A stretch of DNA of 64,000 nucleotides, taken from positions 29,647-93,646 of the forward strand of contig JAZSCM010000003.1 of the NCBI GenBank assembly GCA_045602945.1. The letters are read 5' to 3'. The stretch's first letter is position 1. Every line of letters starts with the position of its first letter. The notes under the pieces are model-generated. The model was not told where the DNA came from. It was given only the letters and a program-made list of their open reading frames with translations, and did not search any database. Position numbers and translations under genes: made by a program. Positions 1 to 9,245 of this stretch are shown here, in pieces. Origin of the DNA: Acutalibacteraceae bacterium (lineage in GTDB: Bacteria; Bacillota; Clostridia; Oscillospirales; Acutalibacteraceae).

Positions 1-312
1 TTGTTTACCGTCAAAGGTTACCTCGACAAAATTATCACAGGCATCGTTTTCGCACTCTTTTGTAACGCAAAGGGAAAGTTTTTTAATAAAATATGCATCA
101 CAAGGTAGGTTTTTATGTGATACCGCGCCATCCATATAGGTTGAATCAATCACGTTTGAAAACAGCAAAGAATAGTTAAATTCGCCGCCGTTTGTAAGTT
201 TGTAGAAAATTCTGCCCGTATGTATTTTTTTATCATCATCGGCAATATAAAAATACTGATTTGCACTGCCTGCAATAGTATTAGAAGTATACTTTTCAAA
301 ATAGTTCTTCAT
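1..312 (-). CDS. hypothetical protein, N-terminal 104 codons only (gene runs off the left edge)
   Basis: ATG at 310-312 (minus) follows an AAAGGA SD. The frame is open to nt 1 (MKNYFEKYTSNTIAGS...). It is absent from the track because it has no stop in the window. No family recognised. Confidence 0.6.
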   Translation of the reverse strand, partial: MKNYFEKYTSNTIAGSANQYFYIADDDKKIHTGRIFYKLTNGGEFNYSLLFSNVIDSTYMDGAVSHKNLPCDAYFIKKLSLCVTKECENDACDNFVEVTFDGKQ

Positions 313-333
313 AGAATTTCATCCTTTAGGTAA

Positions 334-357
334 GGTCCTCTAGTTGACTAGAGGACC
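334..357 (-). other. intercistronic hairpin, 10-bp perfect stem GGTCCTCTAG / CTAGAGGACC, loop TTGA
   Basis: Read directly. It lies between the PBP stop (363) and the next start (312). There is no U-tract, so it is not a canonical terminator. Confidence 0.5.
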
Positions 358-362
358 AAATT

Positions 363-2822
363 TCATTCATTCTGCGACTGGTCGCTTTGGGTATCATCAT
401 TACCTTGGTTGGTATTTTCATTACCCTGTTCTGTACCGTCTGTTCCTTGTCCGGTGTTCTCATTACCTTGTTCGGTATTACCGTCACCCTGCTGAGTGTT
501 ATCATTATTTTGATTATCGTTATTTTCAGGCGCTTTATCCTGTGACGGAGTATGGGTGTCCACCTTATCGGAATTTGGTGCCGAAAGTGCAGAGCCGTTA
601 TGGGTTTTGCATACAGCTGGAATATTGCCCTTTTTATACCAACCCGTAGCCTTAGTAGGACAAGCATCGGTAGCTAACTGTCCTGTTTGGGTACAGTAGT
701 ACCGACAATAAGCATAACTGCTGTTTTCAAAATTCTTAGCCTTAAGTCCTGAATGGACTTTAGACATTACTTCACCCCACATAGTTTGGGCAATGGCACT
801 GTTTTTAATGGTCTGCTGTTGGTCGTAACCGCACCAAACAGACGCAACGTAATAAGGTGTTCCGCCGACAAACCAAAGGTCATTTGAGTCGTTTGAGGTA
901 CCTGTTTTAGCATATATTCTCATATTAGAAACATATTTTCGAGCACCCGCACCCGTACCCTGAGAACCGTAAACAACCTGTTGTAAAAGGTGATTCATAA
1001 CGGTTGCAGTATCCTCGCTGATGGCGGGTGTTGCTTTATAATCGTACTCAAGAATAACCTTGCCGTGTTGATCGCAAACCTTGGTGTAAAGCGTAGGCTC
1101 ATAGTACATACCGCCGTTTCCAAAAACAGCATAAGCCGCCGCACTTTCAATGGTGGTTAAACCGCCGTTTGTACCGCCCATTCCAAGAGGCGAAAGATTA
1201 ATATCCTCGCTTGTAAGCGTAGTTATACCAAGATTTTTTGTGAGAAAATCGTAGCTTGTCTGCGGTTTTAGGGTGTTAACAAGGTGTACGGGAATTGTAT
1301 TAACCGAACGCTCCAAGGCATATTGAACGGTTATATTGCCCAAATGACCGCCGTACCAGTTAACAGGCTTCCACTTTCCGTAGGTGGTTGCTTTATCTTC
1401 AATAATGGTTGAATAGGTTATTAAATTTTCTTCAATTGCAGGTGCATAAGCGCCAATCGGTTTCATTGTTGAACCTGGTTGTCTTATTGCATCGGTAGCA
1501 CGGTTAAAGCCTGTCATACCGAGGTTTACCTGCTTTTCACCTATTCCGCCCGCCATACCTAAAACGTGACCGTTATAATCCATTATTGTTATGGCACCCT
1601 GAAGCTGTTCACCGTTTTTACCCTTTAATCCGTATTTTTCTGCATTATTGAATACAGTTTCAACTGCCTCTTGGATATTAGGGTCCATTGTTGTATAGAT
1701 TTTATAACCGCCGGTATAGAAATTGTTAGCGGCATGCTTTTCGTCATAGCCGTATTTTTCGGCAAGGTCCTTTGTTACCTGACGAACGATTGCATCAACG
1801 TAATAGGAATTTACCTCTGTTTCGTTAAGCGCATCCTTTGTTCCAACAACTTTAATCTCTTCTTTTAATGCGTTGTCATATTCGGTTTGTGTAATATAAC
1901 CTTGGTCGAGCATCAGCTTCAAAACCGTCTCTCGACGATCCTTGTTTTTTTGAGGATTAGCCTGTGGTGAATAAGTTGAAGGCGCTTTGGTAATCGAAGC
2001 TAAACACGCACATTCAGCTAAAGTTAACTCGCTTACACTCTTATCAAAATAGTAGTTAGCCGCAACCTCAACGCCATAGGTACCGTGACCCATAGGAATA
2101 GTATTAAGATAGCACTCAATAATGGTATCCTTTGAATAATGGCTTTCAAGGTATCTTGCGCGCATAATTTCTCTAACCTTACGGGTAGCCTTTGTGTCTC
2201 TATCGTCGGTCAGGTTTTTAACAAGCTGTTGCGTTATTGTTGAACCGCCTTGATTTGATGAATAGAAATGCAAAAAGAGGTTTGCAAAGGCAGAAACGGT
2301 ACGCTTCCAGTCGACGCCCTGATGCTTGAAGAAGCGCTTGTCCTCAACCGCAACAAAAGCGTTAACAAGATTTTGCGGTATTCCAGTATACCCCTCTGTT
2401 CTGTTCTTTGCATCTATAGCATCGTACGAAACCCAAATTCTATTAAACTCGCCGTGTAGACGCTGATACTCCTCCCACTCACCGTTTTCACCCGTTTGAG
2501 TATAAATAGTGGTGGTAAAGTTGAGTTTAAGGTCGTTAAGGTTTTCGTTCATTGTACCGTCAACGGCAGTAAATGCATAGACTATAAAAGAGCCCATTAC
2601 AATACTAACCGTAATAACCCCCAAAAGAAAAACAGATATACAAATTCTAAGAATTGCTTCTCTTTTCGGATTTCTTTTTCTTCGGCGTTTTTTACCGCCT
2701 GTACTAATTTGGTCTAGGTTATTTGCAGAAGAAAAAGCATTTAGGTCAAAAGAACTGTCTTTTCCGTCATCAGAGTATCTGTCGGTACTGCTGAAAATAT
2801 CATTATCTTGCAAAATTAACAC
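363..2822 (-). CDS. class A penicillin-binding protein (bifunctional transglycosylase/transpeptidase, PBP1A type)
   Basis: 819 aa with an N-terminal TM anchor. Glycosyltransferase motifs EDKRFFKHQGVD and GGSTITQQ are present, as are transpeptidase motifs STMK and KTGT. The real start may be TTG 2813, just after GGAGGTG. Confidence 0.92.
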   Translation of the reverse strand: MLILQDNDIFSSTDRYSDDGKDSSFDLNAFSSANNLDQISTGGKKRRRKRNPKREAILRICISVFLLGVITVSIVMGSFIVYAFTAVDGTMNENLNDLKLNFTTTIYTQTGENGEWEEYQRLHGEFNRIWVSYDAIDAKNRTEGYTGIPQNLVNAFVAVEDKRFFKHQGVDWKRTVSAFANLFLHFYSSNQGGSTITQQLVKNLTDDRDTKATRKVREIMRARYLESHYSKDTIIECYLNTIPMGHGTYGVEVAANYYFDKSVSELTLAECACLASITKAPSTYSPQANPQKNKDRRETVLKLMLDQGYITQTEYDNALKEEIKVVGTKDALNETEVNSYYVDAIVRQVTKDLAEKYGYDEKHAANNFYTGGYKIYTTMDPNIQEAVETVFNNAEKYGLKGKNGEQLQGAITIMDYNGHVLGMAGGIGEKQVNLGMTGFNRATDAIRQPGSTMKPIGAYAPAIEENLITYSTIIEDKATTYGKWKPVNWYGGHLGNITVQYALERSVNTIPVHLVNTLKPQTSYDFLTKNLGITTLTSEDINLSPLGMGGTNGGLTTIESAAAYAVFGNGGMYYEPTLYTKVCDQHGKVILEYDYKATPAISEDTATVMNHLLQQVVYGSQGTGAGARKYVSNMRIYAKTGTSNDSNDLWFVGGTPYYVASVWCGYDQQQTIKNSAIAQTMWGEVMSKVHSGLKAKNFENSSYAYCRYYCTQTGQLATDACPTKATGWYKKGNIPAVCKTHNGSALSAPNSDKVDTHTPSQDKAPENNDNQNNDNTQQGDGNTEQGNENTGQGTDGTEQGNENTNQGNDDTQSDQSQNE
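366..551 (-). repeat. low-complexity polar/acidic C-terminal tail of the PBP (imperfect tandem EQGNENT-like units)
   Basis: The last ~62 aa are TPSQDKAPENNDNQNNDNTQQGDGNTEQGNENTGQGTDGTEQGNENTNQGNDDTQSDQSQNE. The DNA shows reiterated ggtattttcattacc / gttctcattacc units. Confidence 0.7.
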
Positions 2823-2941
2823 CTCCGCTTAGAATAAAAGCTAAACTTCTGTCAATACTTTCAATAACAATTTTACCCATTATACACCAATTCTTCAAAA
2901 AAATAAAGTTACAGTTTTTGTTACTTTTTTAAAGGAGCCTT

Positions 2942-3208
2942 ATGAAAACTAAAATTTGTGTTGTTTTTTCGTTAATTTTAACCGCATTTTTACTAATGTC
3001 AACCACACAACAGAAAACAAGCAACGAGTTCGTTCTAAAATCTTATAAAAACACAGTAGCGCTTTATGAAAACGGTGTTAAAAAAGAAATATACGAAGAA
3101 ATAGTTTTAAATTCACTGCCGTCAAAAGATATTGCAGACCTGAATAAAGGTATAATTATAGCCGACAAAGACGAATTATTAAGAATTTTAGAGGATTTTG
3201 ACGGATAA
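2942..3208 (+). CDS. small signal-anchored protein, BofC C-terminal-domain-like (tentative)
   Basis: 88 aa with an N-terminal hydrophobic segment. The pattern YENGVKKEIYEEIVLNSLP..DLNKGIII..DELLRILEDF resembles the BofC C-terminal domain. This is recall only, not searched. Confidence 0.55.
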   Translation: MKTKICVVFSLILTAFLLMSTTQQKTSNEFVLKSYKNTVALYENGVKKEIYEEIVLNSLPSKDIADLNKGIIIADKDELLRILEDFDG

Positions 3209-3274
3209 AAACACTTGAAAAAAGTAAAAAACAATAATATAATAAGATTATAAAAATACAAAGGAGTTAAAAAA

Positions 3275-3835
3275 TTGGAAAACGATGCTTCATCTGCAGG
3301 TGTTAGACTCGGAGGTCTATTCAGCACAGCAGAAATAAAAATACTTGTTTGCTACATATTGACAACCATAAAAGAACCTGTCCCCGCTACAATGCTTGCA
3401 AATACCCTACACTATGAAGGTATTGCAAACGTATTTGAGGTAAGCGATGCTATAGTTTTGCTTCAAAGAAGCGGTCATATTGCGCCTTGTGATGAAAAAG
3501 AAGAATTCTATAAAATCACCGATAAAGGTATTACCGCATCAAATGAACTTAATAGTTCACTATCCTTTACGGTTAAAAACCGCGCTTATTCAGCGGCAAT
3601 AAAAATGCTGTCACGTTTTAAAAACGCAAGAGACAGCGAATTCACCGTTTCAAAAGAAAACGGCGCAACCTATATCACCTGCACCGCAACCGACGGTAGA
3701 ATTCCTTTTATGTCGGTAAAACTTCTCGTAGCCGACGATACTCAAGCGGCACTGGTTAAAGAAAAATTTATCGACGATCCCGCAGGGCTTTACCACGCAA
3801 TTGTCGATTTTATTACAAAAAAAGAAGAAAAGTAG
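3275..3835 (+). CDS. DUF4364-family protein
   Basis: 186 aa. TTG start lies 8 nt after AAAGGAG. The N-terminal pattern EIKILVCYIL...P and overall length are typical of DUF4364 (recall). Confidence 0.7.
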   Translation: MENDASSAGVRLGGLFSTAEIKILVCYILTTIKEPVPATMLANTLHYEGIANVFEVSDAIVLLQRSGHIAPCDEKEEFYKITDKGITASNELNSSLSFTVKNRAYSAAIKMLSRFKNARDSEFTVSKENGATYITCTATDGRIPFMSVKLLVADDTQAALVKEKFIDDPAGLYHAIVDFITKKEEK

Positions 3836-3842
3836 ATATTTT

Positions 3843-3875
3843 AAAAGCAGCTTAAATGTATTTTTTGCTGCTTTT
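3843..3875. terminator. bidirectional intrinsic terminator
   Basis: Stem AAAAGCAGC / GCTGCTTTT is flanked by A- and T-runs. It sits between convergent genes and overlaps the stop of the 3852 gene. Confidence 0.6.
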
Positions 3876-4256
3876 TTTATTTACTCCGAATATACCGCCT
3901 GCGGTCGAAGCAGTTAAAATTATAATAAGATGAAAAACTGTGTTGCTCGTAAGTTTCCAATCGCTGACAATTAGTGAAATTATAAGCACTAGTATAAAAA
4001 CTGCGGCACCGTTTAAAAGACCGATTAAATAGCCGTTTTTAGATATTTTTTTGCCGCAAAAATATGAAGATATCATACTGCCTAGGGCAATACTAACTGT
4101 GCCGAGCGGCGCGGCATACGCTCTATCCAGCTGTAATAACACAATTAAAGCCGCAAAGATTAGCATCATTAAAACTGTGCCGACTGCACCCAATAAAGAC
4201 GAAATGAAAATAGTTTTTGGCAACGTGTTTTCTTTTTTAATTTTTTCCTCATACAT
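3852..4256 (-). CDS. TIGR04086-family small membrane protein
   Basis: About 134 aa counted from ATG 4256 (GGAGGG SD 6 nt upstream; the track start at 4286 is TTG without an SD). Four TM segments. Typical position next to yajC in Clostridia. Confidence 0.7.
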   Translation of the reverse strand: MYEEKIKKENTLPKTIFISSLLGAVGTVLMMLIFAALIVLLQLDRAYAAPLGTVSIALGSMISSYFCGKKISKNGYLIGLLNGAAVFILVLIISLIVSDWKLTSNTVFHLIIILTASTAGGIFGVNKKSSKKYI

Positions 4257-4308
4257 AAAAATCCCTCCGCAATAATTATATTGCAAAGGGAATTTTTTTA
4301 TAACCTAT

Positions 4309-4644
4309 TTACTTTGAAGGGGCATCGTCGTGTACGGTAAGATTTGTCTGAAGAGCCCAACGAGCAATTGTCATTTTGCTGTGGTCACTCTTAGATTCTA
4401 TAACTATAGTATCCTCTTTTAAAGAGATAATTCTGCCGTAAATACCACCTATTGTTACGATTTCATCGCCAACCTGCAGACTGTCGCGAAGTTTCTTTTC
4501 CTCCTTAGCCTTTTTACGCTGAGGACGGATAAGAAGAAAATAAAATGCCGCGATAATAACCGCAAAATAAATAATCATAAGCCAACCGGGCATACCTTGA
4601 GCGTTACTTTCAGTAGCTAATAAAATCGGGGAAATAGAATTCAT
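4309..4644 (-). CDS. yajC: preprotein translocase subunit YajC
   Basis: 111 aa with a single TM, the motif RPQRKK..KE...L..GD.V.T.GGI.G.I, and yajC-tgt-queA synteny. Confidence 0.9.
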   Translation of the reverse strand: MNSISPILLATESNAQGMPGWLMIIYFAVIIAAFYFLLIRPQRKKAKEEKKLRDSLQVGDEIVTIGGIYGRIISLKEDTIVIESKSDHSKMTIARWALQTNLTVHDDAPSK

Positions 4645-4728
4645 ATTTTTTAACCTCCAACAAATGTTACTATTTATCTATTATACACAAAGCAAATAAA
4701 AAAGCAAGTAAAATATTATAAAACGTAT

Positions 4729-5859
4729 TTATATTCTAGTGCCGAGTATTTTTTCTTTTTCTGCCTTATATTCTGCAAATCTGCCCTCGTCAAGTGCTTG
4801 TCTGATTTCCTCCATAAGATGATTATAAAACCACAGGTTATGAAGCACGGTAAGGCGTTGAGAAAGCATTTCGGTACTCTTTAAAAGGTGTCTTATATAC
4901 GCCTTGCTGTAACGTTTACAAACAGGGCAACCGCAGTTTTCATCAATAGGCGTCATATCATATTCATATTTTTTGTTATTAATATTTATAATGCCTTTTG
5001 AGGTGAATAAATGTCCGTGTCGAGCGTTTCGGCTTGGCATAACACAGTCAAAAAGGTCAACACCGCGCTCAACTGCATTTAAAATATCAACAGGAGTTCC
5101 AACGCCCATTAAATATCTGATTTTATCCTTAGGCATGTGCGGTGTAACGGTTTCTATTATATCGTACATAACCTCGTTTGGTTCGCCGACAGCCAAACCG
5201 CCGATAGCATAGCCGTCAAGATTTAAATCGGCTATTTCCTTCATATGCTCAATTCTAAGGTCTTTATAGGTACAGCCCTGATTAATACCAAACAGCATTT
5301 GCTCGGGATTGATGGTAGTTTCCAAAGAATTAAGACGCGCCATCTCATCCTTACAACGCTTAAGCCAACGGGTTGTTCTCTCACAAGAAGCTTTAGAATA
5401 GGCGTATTCGGCGGGGTTTTCAACACATTCGTCAAACGCCATAGCTATTGTTGAGCCCAAGTTTGACTGAATACGCATACTCTCCTCAGGGCCCATAAAA
5501 ATTCTTCTGCCGTCAACGTGGGATGCAAAGGTTACACCCTCTTCTTCGATATGCCTTAACTTTGCAAGGGAAAAAACCTGAAAGCCACCGCTATCGGTTA
5601 GAATTGGACCGTCCCAAGTAGAAAAATTATGAAGACCGCCACACTTTTTTATTATTTCGTCCCCAGGTCGCACGTGCAGATGATAGGTGTTAGAAAGCAT
5701 TACCTGACAGCCGATTTGCTTTAAATCCTCGGCTGATACGGCACCCTTTATGGCGCCCGCGGTTGCAACGTTCATAAAAGCAGGAGTCTGCACAGTACCT
5801 CTGTTGGTTACAAACACGCCTCTACGAGCACCATTCTTTTCGCTAATTAATTTAAACAT
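4729..5859 (-). CDS. tgt: queuine tRNA-ribosyltransferase
   Basis: 376 aa with GAR.G...T.RG...TP.FMNV, TDSGGFQV and the Zn motif CxCxxC (CGCPVC). Confidence 0.95.
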   Translation of the reverse strand: MFKLISEKNGARRGVFVTNRGTVQTPAFMNVATAGAIKGAVSAEDLKQIGCQVMLSNTYHLHVRPGDEIIKKCGGLHNFSTWDGPILTDSGGFQVFSLAKLRHIEEEGVTFASHVDGRRIFMGPEESMRIQSNLGSTIAMAFDECVENPAEYAYSKASCERTTRWLKRCKDEMARLNSLETTINPEQMLFGINQGCTYKDLRIEHMKEIADLNLDGYAIGGLAVGEPNEVMYDIIETVTPHMPKDKIRYLMGVGTPVDILNAVERGVDLFDCVMPSRNARHGHLFTSKGIININNKKYEYDMTPIDENCGCPVCKRYSKAYIRHLLKSTEMLSQRLTVLHNLWFYNHLMEEIRQALDEGRFAEYKAEKEKILGTRI

Positions 5860-5875
5860 ATATACAACTCACTTT

Positions 5876-5902
5876 TTAAAGTATAAGCATTGCGTAATCG
5901 AA
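5876..5902 (-). pseudogene. decayed second copy of the last 8 codons plus stop of queA
   Basis: The minus strand reads TTC GAT TAC GCA ATG CTT ATA CTT TAA (FDYAMLIL*). The real queA end at 5999-6025 reads TTC GGC GAC GCA ATG CTC ATC CTA TGA (FGDAMLIL*). That is 20/27 nt identical, same frame, with the stop at the same position. Confidence 0.5.
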
Positions 5903-5998
5903 GTTCATGGGATATGTGAAAAGAATTTTTATAATTCTTCGGCGAAGCCGACACCTTACCTCTTCACTATTACCTCTTACTTCTTCCCTGCTCATCCT
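5903..5998 (-). repeat. 96-nt insertion-like spacer element between queA and its duplicated 3' end
   Basis: The minus strand carries two SD-like AAGAGGTAA boxes 16 nt apart, then GTGTCGGCTTCGCC. A 10-bp hairpin (5989-6012) spans the queA stop. Two blocks recur next to tRNA-Lys (26526-26543 and 26607-26624). Confidence 0.5.
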
Positions 5999-7021
5999 TC
6001 ATAGGATGAGCATTGCGTCGCCGAAGCTAAAGAAACGGTATTTTTCTTCTACGGCTATTTTATAAGCATTCATTGTGCTGTCATATCCTGCAAAGGCGGA
6101 AACAAGCATTATTAGTGTGCTTTCGGGCAAATGGAAATTAGTAACAAGGCCGTCCATACACTTGAATTCATAACCCGGATAGATAAATATATCGGTATCG
6201 CCCGAACACTCACAAATTTTGCCGTACCTTGTAGCAACACTCTCAACAGTTCGACAGCTTGTCGTTCCGACACAAATAACTCTGCCACCCTTTGCTTTTG
6301 TATCGTTTATAACGTCGGCAGTTTGCTTTGAAACACTATAACTTTCGGTGTGCATTTTGTGATTTAAAATATCTTCCTCTTTAACGGGTCTAAAGGTGCC
6401 AAGACCGACGTGCAAGGTAACGCAGGCTATTTTTATACCCTTTTCTTTTAATTTTTCAAGCATCTCCTTAGTGAAATGCAGACCTGCCGTTGGAGCTGCC
6501 GCTGAGCCTAATTCCTTGGAATAAACCGTTTGGTAACGCTCTCGGTCGTTTAGCTTTTCCTTAATGTACGGTGGTAACGGCATTTGACCTACCTCATCTA
6601 GCACCGAGAAAAATTCGCCGTCACACCTGAATTTAATAATTCTGTTACCGTCAGGCAAAACTTCCTTAACCTTAGCGGAAAGCTTATCGGAAAATTTAAA
6701 TTCGTATCCCTCTTTTGCCTTTTTACCCGGACCTGCCAGTACCTCCCAGGTTAGTAAATCGCGCTGTTTTAAAAGCACAAATTCAACCACAGCACCAGTA
6801 TCAACCCTAGTACCGAAAAGACGCGCGGGTAAAACCCTTGTATCGTTTAAAACAAGGCAATCGCCCTCTTTTAAAAAGTCAAATAAATCGTAAAATTTCT
6901 TATGTTTTATTTCACCCGTATTCTTATTAAGACACATAAGTCGTGAAGCGTCACGCGGCTCAATAGGAGTCTGCGCTATTAGAGACTCGGGCAAAAAATA
7001 ATAAAAATCACTTTTTTTCAT
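5999..7021 (-). CDS. queA: S-adenosylmethionine:tRNA ribosyltransferase-isomerase
   Basis: 340 aa with FDY.LP..LIAQ.P, GLGTF.PV and the C-terminal [11 protein letters not shown]. Confidence 0.95.
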   Translation of the reverse strand: MKKSDFYYFLPESLIAQTPIEPRDASRLMCLNKNTGEIKHKKFYDLFDFLKEGDCLVLNDTRVLPARLFGTRVDTGAVVEFVLLKQRDLLTWEVLAGPGKKAKEGYEFKFSDKLSAKVKEVLPDGNRIIKFRCDGEFFSVLDEVGQMPLPPYIKEKLNDRERYQTVYSKELGSAAAPTAGLHFTKEMLEKLKEKGIKIACVTLHVGLGTFRPVKEEDILNHKMHTESYSVSKQTADVINDTKAKGGRVICVGTTSCRTVESVATRYGKICECSGDTDIFIYPGYEFKCMDGLVTNFHLPESTLIMLVSAFAGYDSTMNAYKIAVEEKYRFFSFGDAMLIL

Positions 7022-7061
7022 TTAAACACCGTAAACTTTCGTAAATATAATGCAAAATAAA

Positions 7062-7090
7062 TTGACAAACAATAGATATAATGATATGAT
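7062..7090 (+). promoter_or_regulatory. sigmaA-type promoter for asd-dapA-dapB
   Basis: TTGACA (7062-7067), 17-nt spacer, TATGAT (7085-7090). Confidence 0.5.
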
Positions 7091-7182
7091 ATATGTGTAA
7101 AAGTATGTGCTATTTCCACACATTAGATTATTATATATTATCGTGAGAAATATAGCAACAAAAATTTTATTTTCCTGAAAGG

Positions 7183-8274
7183 ATGTCCCGTATTATGAAA
7201 AAGTATAATGTAGGTATTATCGGCGCAACCGGTATGGTAGGTCAGCGTTTTGCACTACTTCTTGCAGACCACCCTTGGTTTAACGTTACTGCCCTGGCAG
7301 CCAGTAGCCGTAGTGCCGGAAAAACCTATGAGGAGGCTGTAGGTAGCCGTTGGGCAATGACTACTCCAATGCCTGAAAATCTAAAAAATATGATGGTTTT
7401 AGATGCGCTTGGCGATATGGACGAGGTAGTCGCTAAGGTTGACTTTGTTTTCTGCGCAGTTGATATGAAAAAGGACGAGATTTTAGCTTTGGAAGAAGCT
7501 TATGCTAAAAAGGAATGTCCTGTTGTTTCTAATAACAGTGCTAACCGTAAAACTCCTGACGTGCCAATGGTTATTCCTGAGATTAACAATGACCATATCG
7601 AAGTTATCAAGGCTCAAAGAGAGCGTCTTGGCACCAAGAAGGGCTTCATTGCCGTTAAATCCAACTGCTCACTTCAAAGCTACGTTCCTGCCCTTTATCC
7701 TCTTGATAAATTCGGCGTTGAGAAATGTCTTGTTTGTACCTATCAGGCAATTTCAGGTGCCGGTAAAACCTTTGAAAGATGGCCTGAAATGATTGATAAC
7801 GTTATCCCATATATTGGCGGCGAGGAAGAAAAGAGTGAAACCGAGCCACTTAAGATTTGGGGTAAATTAGAGGACGGCGTTATCGTTCCGTCAACCACAC
7901 CTAAGTTTACTGCTCAGTGCCTTAGAGTTCCCGTATCTGACGGACACATGGCAGCTGTTTTCGTAACCTTTAAAAACAAGCCTTCTAAGGAAGAAATTTT
8001 AGAGTGCTGGAAGAATTTCTCAGGCAGACCGCAAGAGCTTTCTCTCCCCCACGCTCCAAAGCAGTTCCTTAACTATTTTGAGGAAGACAATATGCCACAG
8101 ACTAAATTAAACCGCGACCTTGAGGGTGGTATGGCAGTTTCTGTCGGCAGACTAAGAGAAGACTCACAGTACGACTATAAGTTTGTTTGTCTATCTCACA
8201 ACACACTTCGCGGTGCCGCAGGCGGTGCTGTATTACTTGCTGAGCTTCTTTGTGCCGAGGGGTATATGGACTAA
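7183..8274 (+). CDS. asd: aspartate-semialdehyde dehydrogenase
   Basis: 363 aa with GATG.VGQR and an active-site Cys context (SNCS). The start could be ATG 7195 (MKKYNVGIIGATG), about 11 nt after AAAGGA. Confidence 0.93.
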   Translation: MSRIMKKYNVGIIGATGMVGQRFALLLADHPWFNVTALAASSRSAGKTYEEAVGSRWAMTTPMPENLKNMMVLDALGDMDEVVAKVDFVFCAVDMKKDEILALEEAYAKKECPVVSNNSANRKTPDVPMVIPEINNDHIEVIKAQRERLGTKKGFIAVKSNCSLQSYVPALYPLDKFGVEKCLVCTYQAISGAGKTFERWPEMIDNVIPYIGGEEEKSETEPLKIWGKLEDGVIVPSTTPKFTAQCLRVPVSDGHMAAVFVTFKNKPSKEEILECWKNFSGRPQELSLPHAPKQFLNYFEEDNMPQTKLNRDLEGGMAVSVGRLREDSQYDYKFVCLSHNTLRGAAGGAVLLAELLCAEGYMD

Positions 8275-8326
8275 CCTTAAATACATATACAATTATGTAT
8301 AATTTGATTTAAAGGGGTCTTTCATT

Positions 8327-9223
8327 ATGAAAAAAAGAATTTTCACAGGCGTAGCTACTGCACTTGTAACACCAATGAATGCCGATGGTTCGGTTAATTT
8401 TGAGCGCTTGGCATCTTTAGTTGACGAGCAGATTGATGGCGGCGTTGATGCCCTTGTTATCTGTGGTACCACTGGTGAAAAATCCACCCTTAGATATGAC
8501 GAGCACCTAAAGGTTATTGAAGTAGCGGCTAAAGCCTGTAGTAAAAGAGTTCCGATTATTGCAGGTACGGGAAGCAACGATACCGTTTATTCGGTTGAGC
8601 TATGTAATGATGCCGAAAGTGTCGGTGCCGATGCCTTTTTAATGGTGACCCCTTACTATAACAAAACCTCACAAACAGGTCTTGTTGCGCATTATAATTA
8701 TATTGCCGATAGGGTTAATAAGCCTATTATTCTTTACAACGTGCCTTCACGCACGGGTGTTGCTATTAAGCCCGAAACCTACAAGGAATTATCAAAGCAC
8801 CAAAATATAGTAGCCACAAAGGAAGCAAACGGCGACCTTTCATCAGTTGCAACCACAAAATATCTTTGCGGTGACGACCTTGATATTTATTCGGGTAACG
8901 ACGACCAGACAGTTCCTATAATGTCGCTTGGCGGCATTGGTGTTATTTCGGTAGCATCAAATATTGCACCTCGGGTTATGCACGATATTTGCGCTGAATA
9001 TTTAAACGGCAACATAGAGTTTGCTTCTAAACTGCAACTTAAACATATAGGTCTTATTAATGCGCTGTTTAGCGACGTTAACCCCGTACCCGTTAAAGAG
9101 GCAATGAATATGTTAGGACTAGACGTTGGTCCTTGCAGACTGCCGCTTTATCCTATGAACGAATCTACAAAAGAAAATCTTAAAAATAAGCTTATTGAGT
9201 GCGGACTTAAACCAATTTTTTAA
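8327..9223 (+). CDS. dapA: 4-hydroxy-tetrahydrodipicolinate synthase
   Basis: 298 aa with GV.TALVTP, GTTGE, YNVPSRTG and the K in the ATKEA context. Confidence 0.95.
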   Translation: MKKRIFTGVATALVTPMNADGSVNFERLASLVDEQIDGGVDALVICGTTGEKSTLRYDEHLKVIEVAAKACSKRVPIIAGTGSNDTVYSVELCNDAESVGADAFLMVTPYYNKTSQTGLVAHYNYIADRVNKPIILYNVPSRTGVAIKPETYKELSKHQNIVATKEANGDLSSVATTKYLCGDDLDIYSGNDDQTVPIMSLGGIGVISVASNIAPRVMHDICAEYLNGNIEFASKLQLKHIGLINALFSDVNPVPVKEAMNMLGLDVGPCRLPLYPMNESTKENLKNKLIECGLKPIF

Positions 9224-9245
9224 AATACACAGGATGTGAAAATCA

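Noticed and set aside
366-551. Reiterated units at the PBP 3' end as a CRISPR-like or VNTR locus
   Set aside because: The repeats are imperfect, in-frame and coding, with no spacer/repeat architecture. No CRISPR array occurs anywhere in the window.
326-667. Track ORFs 326-667 (-) and 344-649 (+), overlapping the 3' end of the PBP gene
   Set aside because: They lie inside the repetitive low-complexity tail region of a well-supported 819-aa gene. They have no SD and their composition is an artefact of the repeat.
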